Positions 1 through 10,522 are shown, numbered from the stretch's first letter. The stretch: 64,000 nucleotides of DNA from an uncultured candidate division Zixibacteria bacterium (GCA_963817915.1 CAWFQL010000017.1:96001-160000), one strand, 5' to 3'. Notes: a model not told the origin generated them from the letters alone. A program made the numbers and translations.

Positions 1-220
1 CCCGAAGGAAATAGATTAAAATCTATATGGCGGGGATAGGTGAAGTCAATAATCGTTCGGATCATTGACTTTTTTATTGCTCTTTCTTCAATATCATGGG
101 ATTTTATCAGGGGATAGCCCGATCTTCCGGGAGAAGGATGAATGATTTGCTTAACGCTTGCCCGAATACTGCCGATGCTATATATTGAGTAAAACATAAA
201 TATATAAAGATGGGTGAAAG

Positions 221-691
221 ATGATAAAAGAGCCATACAAAAAGATCTCCAAGACGGTAGAGTCTTTGATGGAATGGAATGGTGGCATGGGATTCACCTG
301 CAAATCCGGTTCCGGACATGATATTATCACTGACGCTTCTTCGCAGCACGGTGGTGGGGATTTGGGGGCCAGGCCGATGGAATTGCTTCTGTTTTCATTG
401 GGCGGATGCACAGGCATGGATATCGTTACTTTTCTGAAAAAGAAACGTCGTGATATCAAGGATGTGAAATTAAAGCTTTCCGGGCAGAGGGCGCCGGTAC
501 ATCCACACGTATTTGAGGCTATAAGTATCGAATATATTATCAGCGGTTCGGATTTAACCGACGATGATATCCGCTGGGCGATAGATTTATCGCTCAATAA
601 ATATTGTTCAGTAGCGGGGATGATCAAGAAAGTATGCAAAATTAATTTTAAATGGAAGATTATTCGTACAAAGGCCGGTGATAGTAAGTGA
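221..691 (+). CDS. OsmC/YhfA family protein
   Basis: G-x-RPMELLL-x-SLGGCTGMD and KYCSV motifs, giving the two conserved Cys of OsmC-like proteins; the true start may be slightly downstream. Confidence 0.85.
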   Translation: MIKEPYKKISKTVESLMEWNGGMGFTCKSGSGHDIITDASSQHGGGDLGARPMELLLFSLGGCTGMDIVTFLKKKRRDIKDVKLKLSGQRAPVHPHVFEAISIEYIISGSDLTDDDIRWAIDLSLNKYCSVAGMIKKVCKINFKWKIIRTKAGDSK

Positions 692-1524
692 ACGGTTATA
701 GGCCATTTAGATCAGATTTCCAGAATACCATAAACGGTATGTTTCCGCCTGCAATTCAATGGCTGCTTTTGATCAATGCCGCTTTGTTTCTGATTCCAAG
801 GATAATCCCGATTAATATAGATTTATTCGACCGGATATTTGGCCTGGTGCCCGCGTATATATGGACAAAATTTTACTTGTGGCAATTGGCTACGTATCTT
901 TTTCTGCATGGTGGATTCTGGCATATTTTCATGAATATGCTGATTCTGTGGATGTTTGGAGCTGAACTTGAGCGCACCTGGGGTAGTCGCGAATTCGTAA
1001 AATTCTATTTTGTCGCAGGTATCGGCGCCGGTATCGTCAATGTGATTTTCGCGGCTATAATGCCGGCGATGTCATACACGCCGATCATCGGAGCGTCGGG
1101 TGCGATTTATGGAGTGTTAGTGGCATATGCCATGCTTTTCCCAGATCGTTATGTACTCCTTTATTTTCTGATACCAATCAAGGTTAAATATATGGTGATT
1201 GGTTTGGTCGCGATTGAATTCGCGTTATCCTATAATGCCGATGGTGTTGCCCATTTTGCGCATCTTGGTGGGGCGCTGGTTGGATTTTTATATTTAAAAT
1301 CCGACATGAAATGGCGTATCAAGCGCTGGTCTCCGATCGATTATTTCAAGAGGGTAAAGGCCGAAGCCATGGCCAAAAAGCGAAGTGAAGGCATGAAAAT
1401 AATGGATGAAGTCGATGCTATCCTGGATAAGATCAACCAGGTGGGATATGATAATCTTACCCGTCGCGAAAAGAAAATTCTGGAAAAAGCTTCAGATAAT
1501 CTTTCCAAGCAGGATAGAAAATGA
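688..1524 (+). CDS. Rhomboid family intramembrane serine protease with C-terminal DUF6576-like tail
   Basis: WQLATYLFLHGGFWHIFMNM, catalytic GASGA, AHFAHLGG; tail VDAILDKINQVGYDNLTRREKKIL. Confidence 0.9.
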   Translation: MNGYRPFRSDFQNTINGMFPPAIQWLLLINAALFLIPRIIPINIDLFDRIFGLVPAYIWTKFYLWQLATYLFLHGGFWHIFMNMLILWMFGAELERTWGSREFVKFYFVAGIGAGIVNVIFAAIMPAMSYTPIIGASGAIYGVLVAYAMLFPDRYVLLYFLIPIKVKYMVIGLVAIEFALSYNADGVAHFAHLGGALVGFLYLKSDMKWRIKRWSPIDYFKRVKAEAMAKKRSEGMKIMDEVDAILDKINQVGYDNLTRREKKILEKASDNLSKQDRK

Positions 1525-1603
1525 GATTTAAGTATAGGCCTCGACTGTCCGATGGATATTCTGTAATACTATTTTCGGCCGGAACGCGACCAATGGAGGG
1601 ACA

Positions 1604-2692
1604 ATGAAAAAGATTGTTGTGGCCGAGGCATCCTCGACAATCAAGAGTGTGGCCGATTCTCTCCTGCGCCAGAACGGATTCGATGTTTACTGTACATCGG
1701 ATGGGCTTCAGGCGTGGGAAGTTATCACTGCTGAAAAGCCCGATCTGGTAATTGCCGGCGCTGTACTTTCGGGAATCTCAGGCCTTGAATTATGTCGTCA
1801 GATGGTCGGGGATCGAATTTCCGGCGGAATTCCCACTATTATAATGTACGGGGCCAAAGACCCTGTGAAACAGGAAGATATTTTGTCATGCGGCGCGAGG
1901 GGCCAATTGAAAAAGCCATTTTCGCCTCGTGATTTGCTGGATATAGTGAATAAATTGGTTGGCGCGACCGGCGATACTTCGGCCGCCAAAATTAAAACTA
2001 GTGTCGATAGAGAAAGCGAAAAAACATTCCATGGTGTTAATGTTCAATCTACCGGCGTCAGGAGCGAATCGAGCAAGAAAGTAGTTTATAATCTCGATTG
2101 GTCCGACTTGAACGAGACCGGCGGCAAAAAGGGAGAACAGCCTAAGGTTAAGAGCATTGATCTTTCCTCTGAGGATCAAGGACTTTCAATAGAAGAGGAT
2201 CAATACGGATTGACCAGCACCGACGAAGCTCGTGACAACGCCGTATTTGTCGGCAAAAAGGATAAAGACGAAGATTATGACTGGTTTCTTAATGAGATGC
2301 AGAGGGAGTTGGAAAACAAGCCGTTAGCGGCGGATCACGGCAAAATTAGAGAAGAGAAATCATTTAATACCCCTAAGCCGGCCCCTGAAAAAATATCAGC
2401 GGGCAATTTAAATTATGACGATATTAAAGCCCCTGCAAAATCCACAGACTACGAAGATTTTATATCAGGCATCGATGTTGGGGAAGAGGAAATTCCGAAG
2501 CTGGGCGAGCCCGCCAGGGCACTTCCAGTTACACCCATAATAGACAAGTTCAAATCGGAACCCCATGTTAAGCTTTCCGAAAGCGAAATAGATCTTATTG
2601 CCAATCAGATAGCCACCAAATTGGCGACCGCAATAGCGGCAAAAATTGATAAAAGCCAGATAGTACAGATTATAAAGAATTCACTCGGATAA
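1604..2692 (+). CDS. Atypical response-regulator receiver protein with long acidic linker (RomR-like architecture)
   Basis: N-terminal REC fold (KPDLVIA..., KPF) lacking the acidic pocket and phospho-Asp; ~200-aa low-complexity linker; C-terminal amphipathic helix; GGAGG RBS. Confidence 0.65.
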   Translation: MKKIVVAEASSTIKSVADSLLRQNGFDVYCTSDGLQAWEVITAEKPDLVIAGAVLSGISGLELCRQMVGDRISGGIPTIIMYGAKDPVKQEDILSCGARGQLKKPFSPRDLLDIVNKLVGATGDTSAAKIKTSVDRESEKTFHGVNVQSTGVRSESSKKVVYNLDWSDLNETGGKKGEQPKVKSIDLSSEDQGLSIEEDQYGLTSTDEARDNAVFVGKKDKDEDYDWFLNEMQRELENKPLAADHGKIREEKSFNTPKPAPEKISAGNLNYDDIKAPAKSTDYEDFISGIDVGEEEIPKLGEPARALPVTPIIDKFKSEPHVKLSESEIDLIANQIATKLATAIAAKIDKSQIVQIIKNSLG

Positions 2693-2728
2693 TTAAAGAT
2701 AATTGAATCCTTATTAAGCCAAAGATGA

Positions 2729-2759
2729 AGCCGCCGTAAGATTGAATTTTGCGGCGGTT
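2729..2759 (+). terminator. Hairpin, possible intrinsic terminator
   Basis: gccgccgtaag...tttgcggcggt stem downstream of the REC gene, with a weak U-tract. Confidence 0.45.
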
Positions 2760-2837
2760 ATTAATTTTGGTTGCGTTGAAGCGCCGAAATTACGATTTTA
2801 TGACAGATGTTATGACAACTATGATTTGGAGGAATAA

Positions 2838-3554
2838 ATGGATTTAGTCGACATGTCGGTAGGATTGGCTTTTATCGCCGGACTGTTGTCGTTTTTCTCG
2901 CCGTGCGTGCTGCCATTAGTGCCGGGATATCTATCGTTTATATCAGGTGTTTCCATCGACGAATTGAAAACCGGAAAACGGTACGATTTCCTGTTGCGGG
3001 TATTGATCAATATTCTATTTTTCATATTGGGTTTTTCGGTCGTGTTTACGTTGATTTTTGTCTCGGCATGGGGAGTCAGCAGTTGGCTGGTGGAATACAG
3101 GGATGTATTAGGGAAGATATTTGGAATTCTCGTAATTCTATTCGGCTTGCATTTCATGGGTGTCATCGATTTTAAAATGCTCAATTATGAAAAGCGAATG
3201 CATCAGAATAAAGGGCGATCGGGCATTGTGAGTTCCATAATTGTCGGAGTTACATTTTCATTGGGATGGTCGCCTTGCACTGGGCCGTATCTGGCAACGA
3301 TCGCGGGGCTTGCCAGCGCCAAGGAGACTGTCTGGCAGGGATTCGGTTTTCTGCTTTTTTATATAATTGGATTAGGAGTTCCATTTATAATTTCGGGATT
3401 ACTTTTCAATGGATTTGTGAGTTTCGCGTCGAAAGTGAAGAAATTTCTCAGGGTCATCGAATTTGGCGGAGGTTTGCTCCTGGCGATTGTAGGCGTGTTA
3501 CTGGTTTTTGGCAATTTGCAACAGATCGCGAATGATATTATCGACTTTTTCTAA
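2838..3554 (+). CDS. ccdA: Cytochrome c biogenesis protein CcdA (DsbD transmembrane domain)
   Basis: SFFSPCVLPLVPGYL and GWSPCTGP motifs, ~6 TM helices, GGAGG RBS. Confidence 0.9.
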   Translation: MDLVDMSVGLAFIAGLLSFFSPCVLPLVPGYLSFISGVSIDELKTGKRYDFLLRVLINILFFILGFSVVFTLIFVSAWGVSSWLVEYRDVLGKIFGILVILFGLHFMGVIDFKMLNYEKRMHQNKGRSGIVSSIIVGVTFSLGWSPCTGPYLATIAGLASAKETVWQGFGFLLFYIIGLGVPFIISGLLFNGFVSFASKVKKFLRVIEFGGGLLLAIVGVLLVFGNLQQIANDIIDFF

Positions 3555-3755
3555 AAATAAAGTGGACAGGGAACCCTTTCCGATGATTCCGCGTTGATTG
3601 TAGCGGATTTGCAGAATATGGAAAATAGTAGGAGTTAGCTGTAAACAAAGGATAATAAGGGCTGCGATACGCCCGGGCAATTGGACTTATTTCAGGGTTC
3701 AAAGCCGAAGCTTAAACGCCAGGATTTTATTTTATCTAAAGATGGAGAATGAATA

Positions 3756-4589
3756 ATGAAAAACTTAGATTGTTTTGTCAACGATGGCGAATTATTCTTA
3801 TATCTTGACGGTGAAATAAATGCAGATAGAAAAAGAGCTATCGAAGGGCATCTGTCAGCGTGTCCTGATTGCGCGCAAAAACTCGAAATTGAACAGCATA
3901 TAAAATCGTCTATACATGACAATTGCGCTAATTCCAAGGCTCCGGTTGCGCTGCGGGAGAAGATTATTTCCAGCTTATATGATAATTCTCTGGAATTTGA
4001 ACAGGGATTTTGGTATCGGATTAGAATTTTGATGGCGGGAAAGCCGCTTGTCCCTATAGCGGCGGTGGCTGTCCTGATGATAATATTTTTTGGCGCGGTT
4101 ATGTTCAGGCCGGCGGTACCGGGCTCGGTCGCGTTGATCAACGGGGCGATTCAGGAACATTATGAGCATGTGCAGAGTCCGTCGACTCTGGGAATAATAA
4201 GTGACAGCCTCGCCGAAGTATTGCAATGGTTAAGCTCTAAAACCGGCAAGCAGGTCAAGATACCGAATCATCCTTTGATGACAAATGTAGTTGGCGCCTG
4301 CACCGAAAATGGCCCGCACGGGAATATTTCATGCGTCTTCTTCGACTATGATACCCGCCGGATTTCATTTATTATTTCGACGGATTCTTTTGAGGATATC
4401 CCGGGGTATGAATCGAAAATTATGAATAATGTTGAGTTCCATCATGGCAATAATACCGGGATTAATTTTGTTACCTGGAAGAAAAACGAAATGAGTCATA
4501 TCCTCGTGGGAAATTTCTCACCGGATACGTTGATGGAGCTGGCCGGACAAATGTCCAATGTCAATAATATTGTGGCCTCTTCATATTAA
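3756..4589 (+). CDS. Zinc-binding anti-sigma factor (zf-HC2/ZAS) with TM helix and extracytoplasmic domain
   Basis: YLDGE...HLSACPDC (HxxxCxxC), one TM segment at ~aa 95-115. Confidence 0.8.
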   Translation: MKNLDCFVNDGELFLYLDGEINADRKRAIEGHLSACPDCAQKLEIEQHIKSSIHDNCANSKAPVALREKIISSLYDNSLEFEQGFWYRIRILMAGKPLVPIAAVAVLMIIFFGAVMFRPAVPGSVALINGAIQEHYEHVQSPSTLGIISDSLAEVLQWLSSKTGKQVKIPNHPLMTNVVGACTENGPHGNISCVFFDYDTRRISFIISTDSFEDIPGYESKIMNNVEFHHGNNTGINFVTWKKNEMSHILVGNFSPDTLMELAGQMSNVNNIVASSY

Positions 4590-4801
4590 TTATCGGAATT
4601 TATATTTCCTAAAATTTTTATATTCCATAACTCTCAAATATGCTTGCGCTGGCTTTTTAAAGATTTATCTTGAAACGGCAATGCGTTAGATTTAGTGGTT
4701 TTGACGGAAATAAGAGACCAAGGATCGTTTTCGTTAGCTGGTAATTTGGGGATTGATAATGATTGAAATAATCGTATTCAATGCGAGTCGCCCGAGAGAT
4801 T

Positions 4802-5524
4802 ATGAATTCTAATTTTATTTGTATTACAGCCGAATATCCCGACCCCGAACGAATATCGGCCGGCTTGCTTGGCTGTGTAGGCAAAAAGCACGCCGCCTTT
4901 CTGCAAAGGGCATTTATGATGGATCTGATTTCGGTGAGCCTGAAAGTGCCCCGGTCAGAAATCGTTTTGGGATTCCGGCCGGATAATTCGCTGGACGGAT
5001 TCAGGGATTTGATATTTTTATATCAAAATGAAGAAAGGGATAGGAAAATTGCGCGAAAGGCAGAAAGCATTGCCTTAATTCCACAGAAAGGCGAAAATAC
5101 AGGCCAGAGGCTCGCAAGTTTATCCGAGGAGATATTTAAAATGGGGGCTAAGAGGCTATTGTTTCTCAAGCCTGACACTCCGTTGATAGACCCTATCGTG
5201 CTTCGCGCGTCATTTGAGCTTTTAAGAGGCAATCAAGTTGTCGCCGGACCGACATTTAACGGTGGCTATTATCTATTGGGAGTCGACAATCATTACCCGT
5301 CGCTATATGACGGCATAGATATACAGCGCGGAAATCTTTACAAGCATTTAATAGACCGTTTGAACGGTTACTCCATGAATTGGCAGGAATTAGAATTATC
5401 ATACGATGTTGAAGGACCGGATGAGCTGGACCAGCTTTGCAGTGATATTGATAACCTGCGCCTGGCAGGAGAGGAGAATTTGTGCATTCACACAGAAAAA
5501 TTTCTAATGAATCTAAAAAAATAG
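4802..5524 (+). CDS. DUF2064 / CofC-like glycosyltransferase-A fold protein
   Basis: QKGENTGQRL...PDTP...VVAGPTFNGGYYLLG...YDVE matches the family pattern; start placed at MNSNF (the ORF track starts at 4781). Confidence 0.75.
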   Translation: MNSNFICITAEYPDPERISAGLLGCVGKKHAAFLQRAFMMDLISVSLKVPRSEIVLGFRPDNSLDGFRDLIFLYQNEERDRKIARKAESIALIPQKGENTGQRLASLSEEIFKMGAKRLLFLKPDTPLIDPIVLRASFELLRGNQVVAGPTFNGGYYLLGVDNHYPSLYDGIDIQRGNLYKHLIDRLNGYSMNWQELELSYDVEGPDELDQLCSDIDNLRLAGEENLCIHTEKFLMNLKK

Positions 5525-6642
5525 ATCAAGAGCCATTAATCACTCCTATTTATCAGAGTTCGACATTCATTTTCCCGGATACCGCATCGCTTATAGCCTA
5601 TCAAAAAGGTGAGGCAAAGGCGTATCTCTATACAAGATACGGCAATCCGACAATCGAATCCGCCGCGAAACGTATGGCCGAACTGGATAAATCAGAATCA
5701 AGCCTCGTGCTGGCATCGGGCATGGCAGCGATTTCAACTGCCTGTCTGACTTTGCTGAGCCCCGGCGATGAGCTGATATCATCATTCCCGATTTATGGCG
5801 GAACGGCGAATTTATTCAATAATATATTCAAACGACTGAAAATTAAGGTCAATTATTTTCCATCGGATGATCTGGAAGCGATGGCTAAATTAGTAAATTC
5901 CAAAACGAAGGTAATCTATCTGGAATCGCCGACTAATCCGAATCTGAAAATTATCGATCTCAAAGCGGCCGCATCATTTGGCCAAAAGAAAAAAATAATG
6001 ACTTTAATCGATTCCACATTCGCAACTCCGATTAACCAGAGACCGATCGAATTTGGAATCGATGTAGTGATTCATTCGGCAACCAAATATCTCGGGGGGC
6101 ATTCGGATATTATCGGCGGGGTTATTTCAGGCTCATCGGAATTCATTCGTCGATCTATGGAAACGATGAAGCTTTTCGGTGGATGCGCCGATCCCCATCA
6201 GGCGTTCCTGCTTGAGCGGGGCTTGAAGACTCTTTGGGCCAGGATGCGAATTCATAATGAGAACGCGATAAGGATCGCGGAATTTTTGGATTCCGAACCC
6301 GGAATTGAAAGAGTGATTTATCCGAGCCTGGAATCCCATCCGCAGCATAGGCTAGCGTTGGATCAGATGTCGGGATTTGGCGGTATCGTCAGTGTCGATT
6401 TAGGGACAGAAGCAAGGGCTATCAAATTTGCGGATTCGCTTAGAGTTTTCAAAAACGCGGTCAGCCTGGGCGGAGTGGAATCGCTTATTTCTATTCCTAT
6501 CTGGACATCCCATATGGGTTTAGACAGAAATGAGCTGGCGAAATCGGGGGTTACACCCGGCCTGGTCCGGCTTTCTGTCGGTATCGAGGATTCTGATTTG
6601 CTGATAGAAGACATCAAGAATTCATTAGAAAAATTGAATTGA
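5482..6642 (+). CDS. Cys/Met metabolism PLP-dependent enzyme (cystathionine gamma-synthase / methionine gamma-lyase family)
   Basis: YTRYGNPT, SGMAAI, ESPTNP, HSATKYLGGHSD (PLP Lys), SLGGVESL; GAGGAG RBS before the GTG start. Confidence 0.92.
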   Translation: MHSHRKISNESKKIDQEPLITPIYQSSTFIFPDTASLIAYQKGEAKAYLYTRYGNPTIESAAKRMAELDKSESSLVLASGMAAISTACLTLLSPGDELISSFPIYGGTANLFNNIFKRLKIKVNYFPSDDLEAMAKLVNSKTKVIYLESPTNPNLKIIDLKAAASFGQKKKIMTLIDSTFATPINQRPIEFGIDVVIHSATKYLGGHSDIIGGVISGSSEFIRRSMETMKLFGGCADPHQAFLLERGLKTLWARMRIHNENAIRIAEFLDSEPGIERVIYPSLESHPQHRLALDQMSGFGGIVSVDLGTEARAIKFADSLRVFKNAVSLGGVESLISIPIWTSHMGLDRNELAKSGVTPGLVRLSVGIEDSDLLIEDIKNSLEKLN

Positions 6643-6814
6643 TTCGCTAGAATCTGTTCCAATTTCCCCAATTATTAAAAAAGCATAAATCTATGCCGAT
6701 TAATATATTGACAGCCATTCAATATATTGGATGGCATTTCGAAATATTTTATTTCTGGTAATGGAATCATATTTCCTATTATGGCTATTTTGACTGTAGA
6801 GGATCATCGAGCAA

Positions 6815-8497
6815 ATGAATGATCAATGGATGGCGACTACCACGGTAGAAAACCGCGCGGTTGCCAATTATAAGCTTGTCGAATTAATAGGCGCCGGAGG
6901 AATGGCTAATATTTATAAAGCCATTCAGCTTTCCCTGGATCGCCCAGTAGCCTTGAAAATCATGCACGAACATCTGATTATAAACGAAGGATTCATAGCT
7001 CGATTCGAAAAAGAAGCCAAGCAGGCGGCGCATCTGCACCATGAAAATATAGTTTCGATTATCGATTACGGCCATTGCGATTCCAAGTATTTCATCGCCA
7101 TGGAATATATCGACGGGAAAAATCTCAAGCAGATTTTGGAGATTCAGAAACGTCTGCCATTGGAAATTTGCCTTCTAATCTGCCAGCAGGTAGCTGAAGG
7201 GCTCAAATATGCTCATAGCCATAATTTAGTTCATAGGGATATCAAGCCCGCCAACATAATACTATCCTATGATGGTAGAGTATTGATAACCGATTTTGGT
7301 ATTGCCAAAGGCAATGATGATTTATCGATCACGGCGACCGGCCAGATGGTCGGCTCTCCGGCCTATATGTCACCCGAGCAGGCGGCCGGACGGCATACCG
7401 ACCATCGTTCCGATCTATTCAGCCTGGGGATTATATTCTATGAGATAATCGCGGGCGGCAAGCCGTTCAACGGCGATTCTTATCAGCAGATGATAACCTC
7501 GATAATGTCCCAAACGCCACAGCTTCTGAATGAAATCAGAGTCGATGTCTCTCCCGAAATTGCGCAGATTGCTCAAAAGGCATTGATAAAGGATGTCGAT
7601 ACACGTTATCAGACAGCCGAGGAGTTTTCGGATGTGCTTCAAGCCCAGCTTGCCAATTTCAAGATTCCACCAGTTAAGAGCCTTATAGCGAATTTCCTGA
7701 AAAATCCCATCAAGATGACCGAGAAATTAAGAGAAGATAAAATCTCGAATCACCTCGAATCAGCATTGTATTTTGTCAATCTTGGCGAGGGTAAATTGGC
7801 GGAGGCTCGGAGGGAATTCCAGGAAGTGCTTAGATTCGATAAAAACAATAAGGCCGCGAAAGAGTTTTTGAGTAAAATACAAGGGCATCTCGAACAGACC
7901 GGCGCGCCCAGCAATCCGAAACCGAAAGCCAGATTTCCCTGGATATGGAATTTTTCGGCGATATTCTCTATATTGATTTTGGCCGCGCTAATGACGGTTT
8001 ATATCCCTCGTTGGAAGAAATCATCGGCTTCCATGAATAAAACAAATGCAGGTACCGGTCAATTATCGGCTGATGATACTTCTCAGAATTCACAGACAAT
8101 TTTGCCTAAGATTATCGAACGGCAGGGTAATACTGAAAACACGGGGGATAATTCTCGACCGCCAGTCAATACCAGGAATAAATCCAACGGGTCATCGGCG
8201 AATAATGAAAAATCGAATGTTCAGAAATCGGTTAATAGGCAATCAACTGCTTCGTATAATTATCCCAACCAGAATTTAATAGATTATGGAACGCTAACAG
8301 TGAAAACCAATGTGCCCGCCGATATTGAAATAGACCAGACTTATTATGGCAAGAGCAACGGCCCGGTGATCAAAATCGCTCCCGGCCGGCATGTTCTGTC
8401 GGTTCAGGCCGATGGTTATTCGGCCCAGAAAAAAAGAATTTTCTCCGAGAAAGATAAGGCCGTTAATTTCGAATTGGATTTAATCCCAGGCAAATAA
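6815..8497 (+). CDS. Hanks-type Ser/Thr protein kinase with TPR-like helices, TM helix and C-terminal PEGA domain
   Basis: GAGGMA, VALK, HRDIKPAN, DFG, YMSPEQ; TM at ~aa 375-397; PEGA-like GTLTVKTN...PGRHVLSVQADGY. Confidence 0.9.
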   Translation: MNDQWMATTTVENRAVANYKLVELIGAGGMANIYKAIQLSLDRPVALKIMHEHLIINEGFIARFEKEAKQAAHLHHENIVSIIDYGHCDSKYFIAMEYIDGKNLKQILEIQKRLPLEICLLICQQVAEGLKYAHSHNLVHRDIKPANIILSYDGRVLITDFGIAKGNDDLSITATGQMVGSPAYMSPEQAAGRHTDHRSDLFSLGIIFYEIIAGGKPFNGDSYQQMITSIMSQTPQLLNEIRVDVSPEIAQIAQKALIKDVDTRYQTAEEFSDVLQAQLANFKIPPVKSLIANFLKNPIKMTEKLREDKISNHLESALYFVNLGEGKLAEARREFQEVLRFDKNNKAAKEFLSKIQGHLEQTGAPSNPKPKARFPWIWNFSAIFSILILAALMTVYIPRWKKSSASMNKTNAGTGQLSADDTSQNSQTILPKIIERQGNTENTGDNSRPPVNTRNKSNGSSANNEKSNVQKSVNRQSTASYNYPNQNLIDYGTLTVKTNVPADIEIDQTYYGKSNGPVIKIAPGRHVLSVQADGYSAQKKRIFSEKDKAVNFELDLIPGK

Positions 8498-8624
8498 TCA
8501 TATCTATCCCAATTGCGGGAATCCTCACGATATCTTATAATCAATCTATGAAATACTCGATGCCAAGCTCACGGCAGGCAATCTCCAATTCAAGATCGAT
8601 TTTCCTCATACGGAAAGCATTTAT

Positions 8625-9521
8625 TTGAAAAACAGCGCTAATACTAATTTACATAATTATCTTCCGGATATCTCATTATTCATTGCGACACTTGTCTGGG
8701 GATCGACATTTACTGTATTAAAAGTGGTATTGGGTAATGATATATCACCGGTATTATTCGTCTTTATTCGTTTCTCGCTGGCGGCGATTCTATTGTATCC
8801 AATATGCAGGAAAAGGCTGAGGGGATTGGGAAAAGACGGAATATCGGGCGGTATACTTCTCGGTATTCTAATTTACGCGGGCTTTTTGACTCAAAGCCTC
8901 GGAATCGGAACCACAACGGCCTCCAAAGCGGCGTTTATTACCGGATTGTCTGCCATTTTCGTGCCGCTGTTTTTATTTTTGCATAAGGGGAAATTTCCAC
9001 AGCTATTAAGCGGAATAGCTATCGTAATCGCCACATTTGGAATGTATATGCTGACGGGGCCATCGGGCGGCGGGTTTACATTCGGGGATTTTCTCGTACT
9101 TCTCTGTGCGGTATCATTTGGGGCGCAAATCTATTTCATGGGAGTGATAACTGTCGGCCGGGACGCGCTGGCATTAACGTTTGTAGAGCTGGCTACGACC
9201 GTAGTACTGTCTGCGCTGTCGCTTCCGTTCGAAAATATGAAATTGAATATTACCTGGGCATCGTTGGGCGCGATAGCTTTCATGTCAATTCTGCCGACAT
9301 TCGGCGGACTGCTAGTACAGGCCTGGGCTCAGAAGAAGACTAATGCTGTCAGGGTGGGTTTGATTTTCACGGCGGAGCCTGTCTTCGCCTATGTATTTGC
9401 TTTCTTTTTATTGGGCGAGAACTTTAACACAATCCAATTGATTGGCGCGGCGATAATTATCCTGGCGGTGCTGACATCGGAAGTGCTGCCGATGATGATG
9501 GGCAATAATAAAGAAGTTTAG
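8625..9521 (+). CDS. EamA/DMT family transporter
   Basis: WGSTF, FIRF, duplicated 5-TM repeat, EPVFA. Confidence 0.88.
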   Translation: MKNSANTNLHNYLPDISLFIATLVWGSTFTVLKVVLGNDISPVLFVFIRFSLAAILLYPICRKRLRGLGKDGISGGILLGILIYAGFLTQSLGIGTTTASKAAFITGLSAIFVPLFLFLHKGKFPQLLSGIAIVIATFGMYMLTGPSGGGFTFGDFLVLLCAVSFGAQIYFMGVITVGRDALALTFVELATTVVLSALSLPFENMKLNITWASLGAIAFMSILPTFGGLLVQAWAQKKTNAVRVGLIFTAEPVFAYVFAFFLLGENFNTIQLIGAAIIILAVLTSEVLPMMMGNNKEV

Positions 9522-9583
9522 CATTTTCGAAAATTAAAAATCGCTTCACTTTTTTATAATCCGGAATTATTCTCTATCTGTTT

Positions 9584-10522
9584 ATGGTATCTAATAAATT
9601 GGGCATTCTAATAGACAACTCGTTTTTCCTGCATGATACCGGGGCATGGCATCCGGAATCGCCGGAGAGATTACGCGCTATAGAGGAAGCCATAGATAGC
9701 ATCAAGATTCCTTATACTAAAATTAAAGCCCGGCTGGCAACTCGCGATGAGCTACTATTGATTCATAAGCCCCAATATGTGGATTATATTTTAAACAGCC
9801 AAACCGCCAATTCGATCCAACTCGATCCCGATACATTGCTATCGCTTCATTCGAAGGAGGCGGCGTTAATGGCTGTGGGAGGGACAATCGAGGCGGTGAA
9901 TATGGTGATCGATGGCACAATAGATCGCGCGTTCTGCGCGGTGAGGCCGCCGGGACATCACGCGAGATCGGGGGCCGCAATGGGTTTTTGTATTTTCAAT
10001 AATGTCGCAATCGCCGCGGCATACGCTCTTGCGAAGAAAAGCATCGAACGAGCGGCAATAATCGATTGGGACGTGCATCACGGCAATGGCACCGCGGAAT
10101 CGTTTTATCGGAATCCGAATGTGCTTTATATATCAATGCATCAGTATCCCTATTATCCGGGAACCGGTTCAGAAGTCGAGCAGGGAGAAGGTGAAGGATT
10201 GGGGTTTACGCTAAATATCCCTATGCCAGCAGGTTCGAATGATGACGATTACAGGAAAGCATTTAAAACCAAAATTCTGCCGGAGCTTCAAAAATTCGCT
10301 CCTGATATTGTCTTCATTTCGGCAGGATTCGATGCCCATGAAGATGATCCGCTCGGCGGGATAAAGCTTTCGACTGAGTTTTTCGGAGAGATGACAAGAA
10401 TAGTTTGTGACATAGCTGATAAATATTCAAAATGCCGACTTGTTTCCGTGCTTGAAGGGGGTTATAATCTAAATGCCCTGAGGGATTCGGTGAAGGTTCA
10501 TTTGGAGGAATTGGCAAAATGA
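9584..10522 (+). CDS. Histone deacetylase family amidohydrolase
   Basis: HPESPERL, RPPGHHA, GFCIFNN, DWDVHHGNGT, SAGFDAH, LEGGY. Confidence 0.95.
   Translation: MVSNKLGILIDNSFFLHDTGAWHPESPERLRAIEEAIDSIKIPYTKIKARLATRDELLLIHKPQYVDYILNSQTANSIQLDPDTLLSLHSKEAALMAVGGTIEAVNMVIDGTIDRAFCAVRPPGHHARSGAAMGFCIFNNVAIAAAYALAKKSIERAAIIDWDVHHGNGTAESFYRNPNVLYISMHQYPYYPGTGSEVEQGEGEGLGFTLNIPMPAGSNDDDYRKAFKTKILPELQKFAPDIVFISAGFDAHEDDPLGGIKLSTEFFGEMTRIVCDIADKYSKCRLVSVLEGGYNLNALRDSVKVHLEELAK

Noticed and set aside
1..39. Possible 3' end of an upstream gene (PEGNRLKSIWRG*)
   Set aside because: Too short to support a call
4802..5524. Arsenosugar or selenosugar biosynthesis cluster around the DUF2064 gene
   Set aside because: No partner radical-SAM, glycosyltransferase or methyltransferase genes nearby
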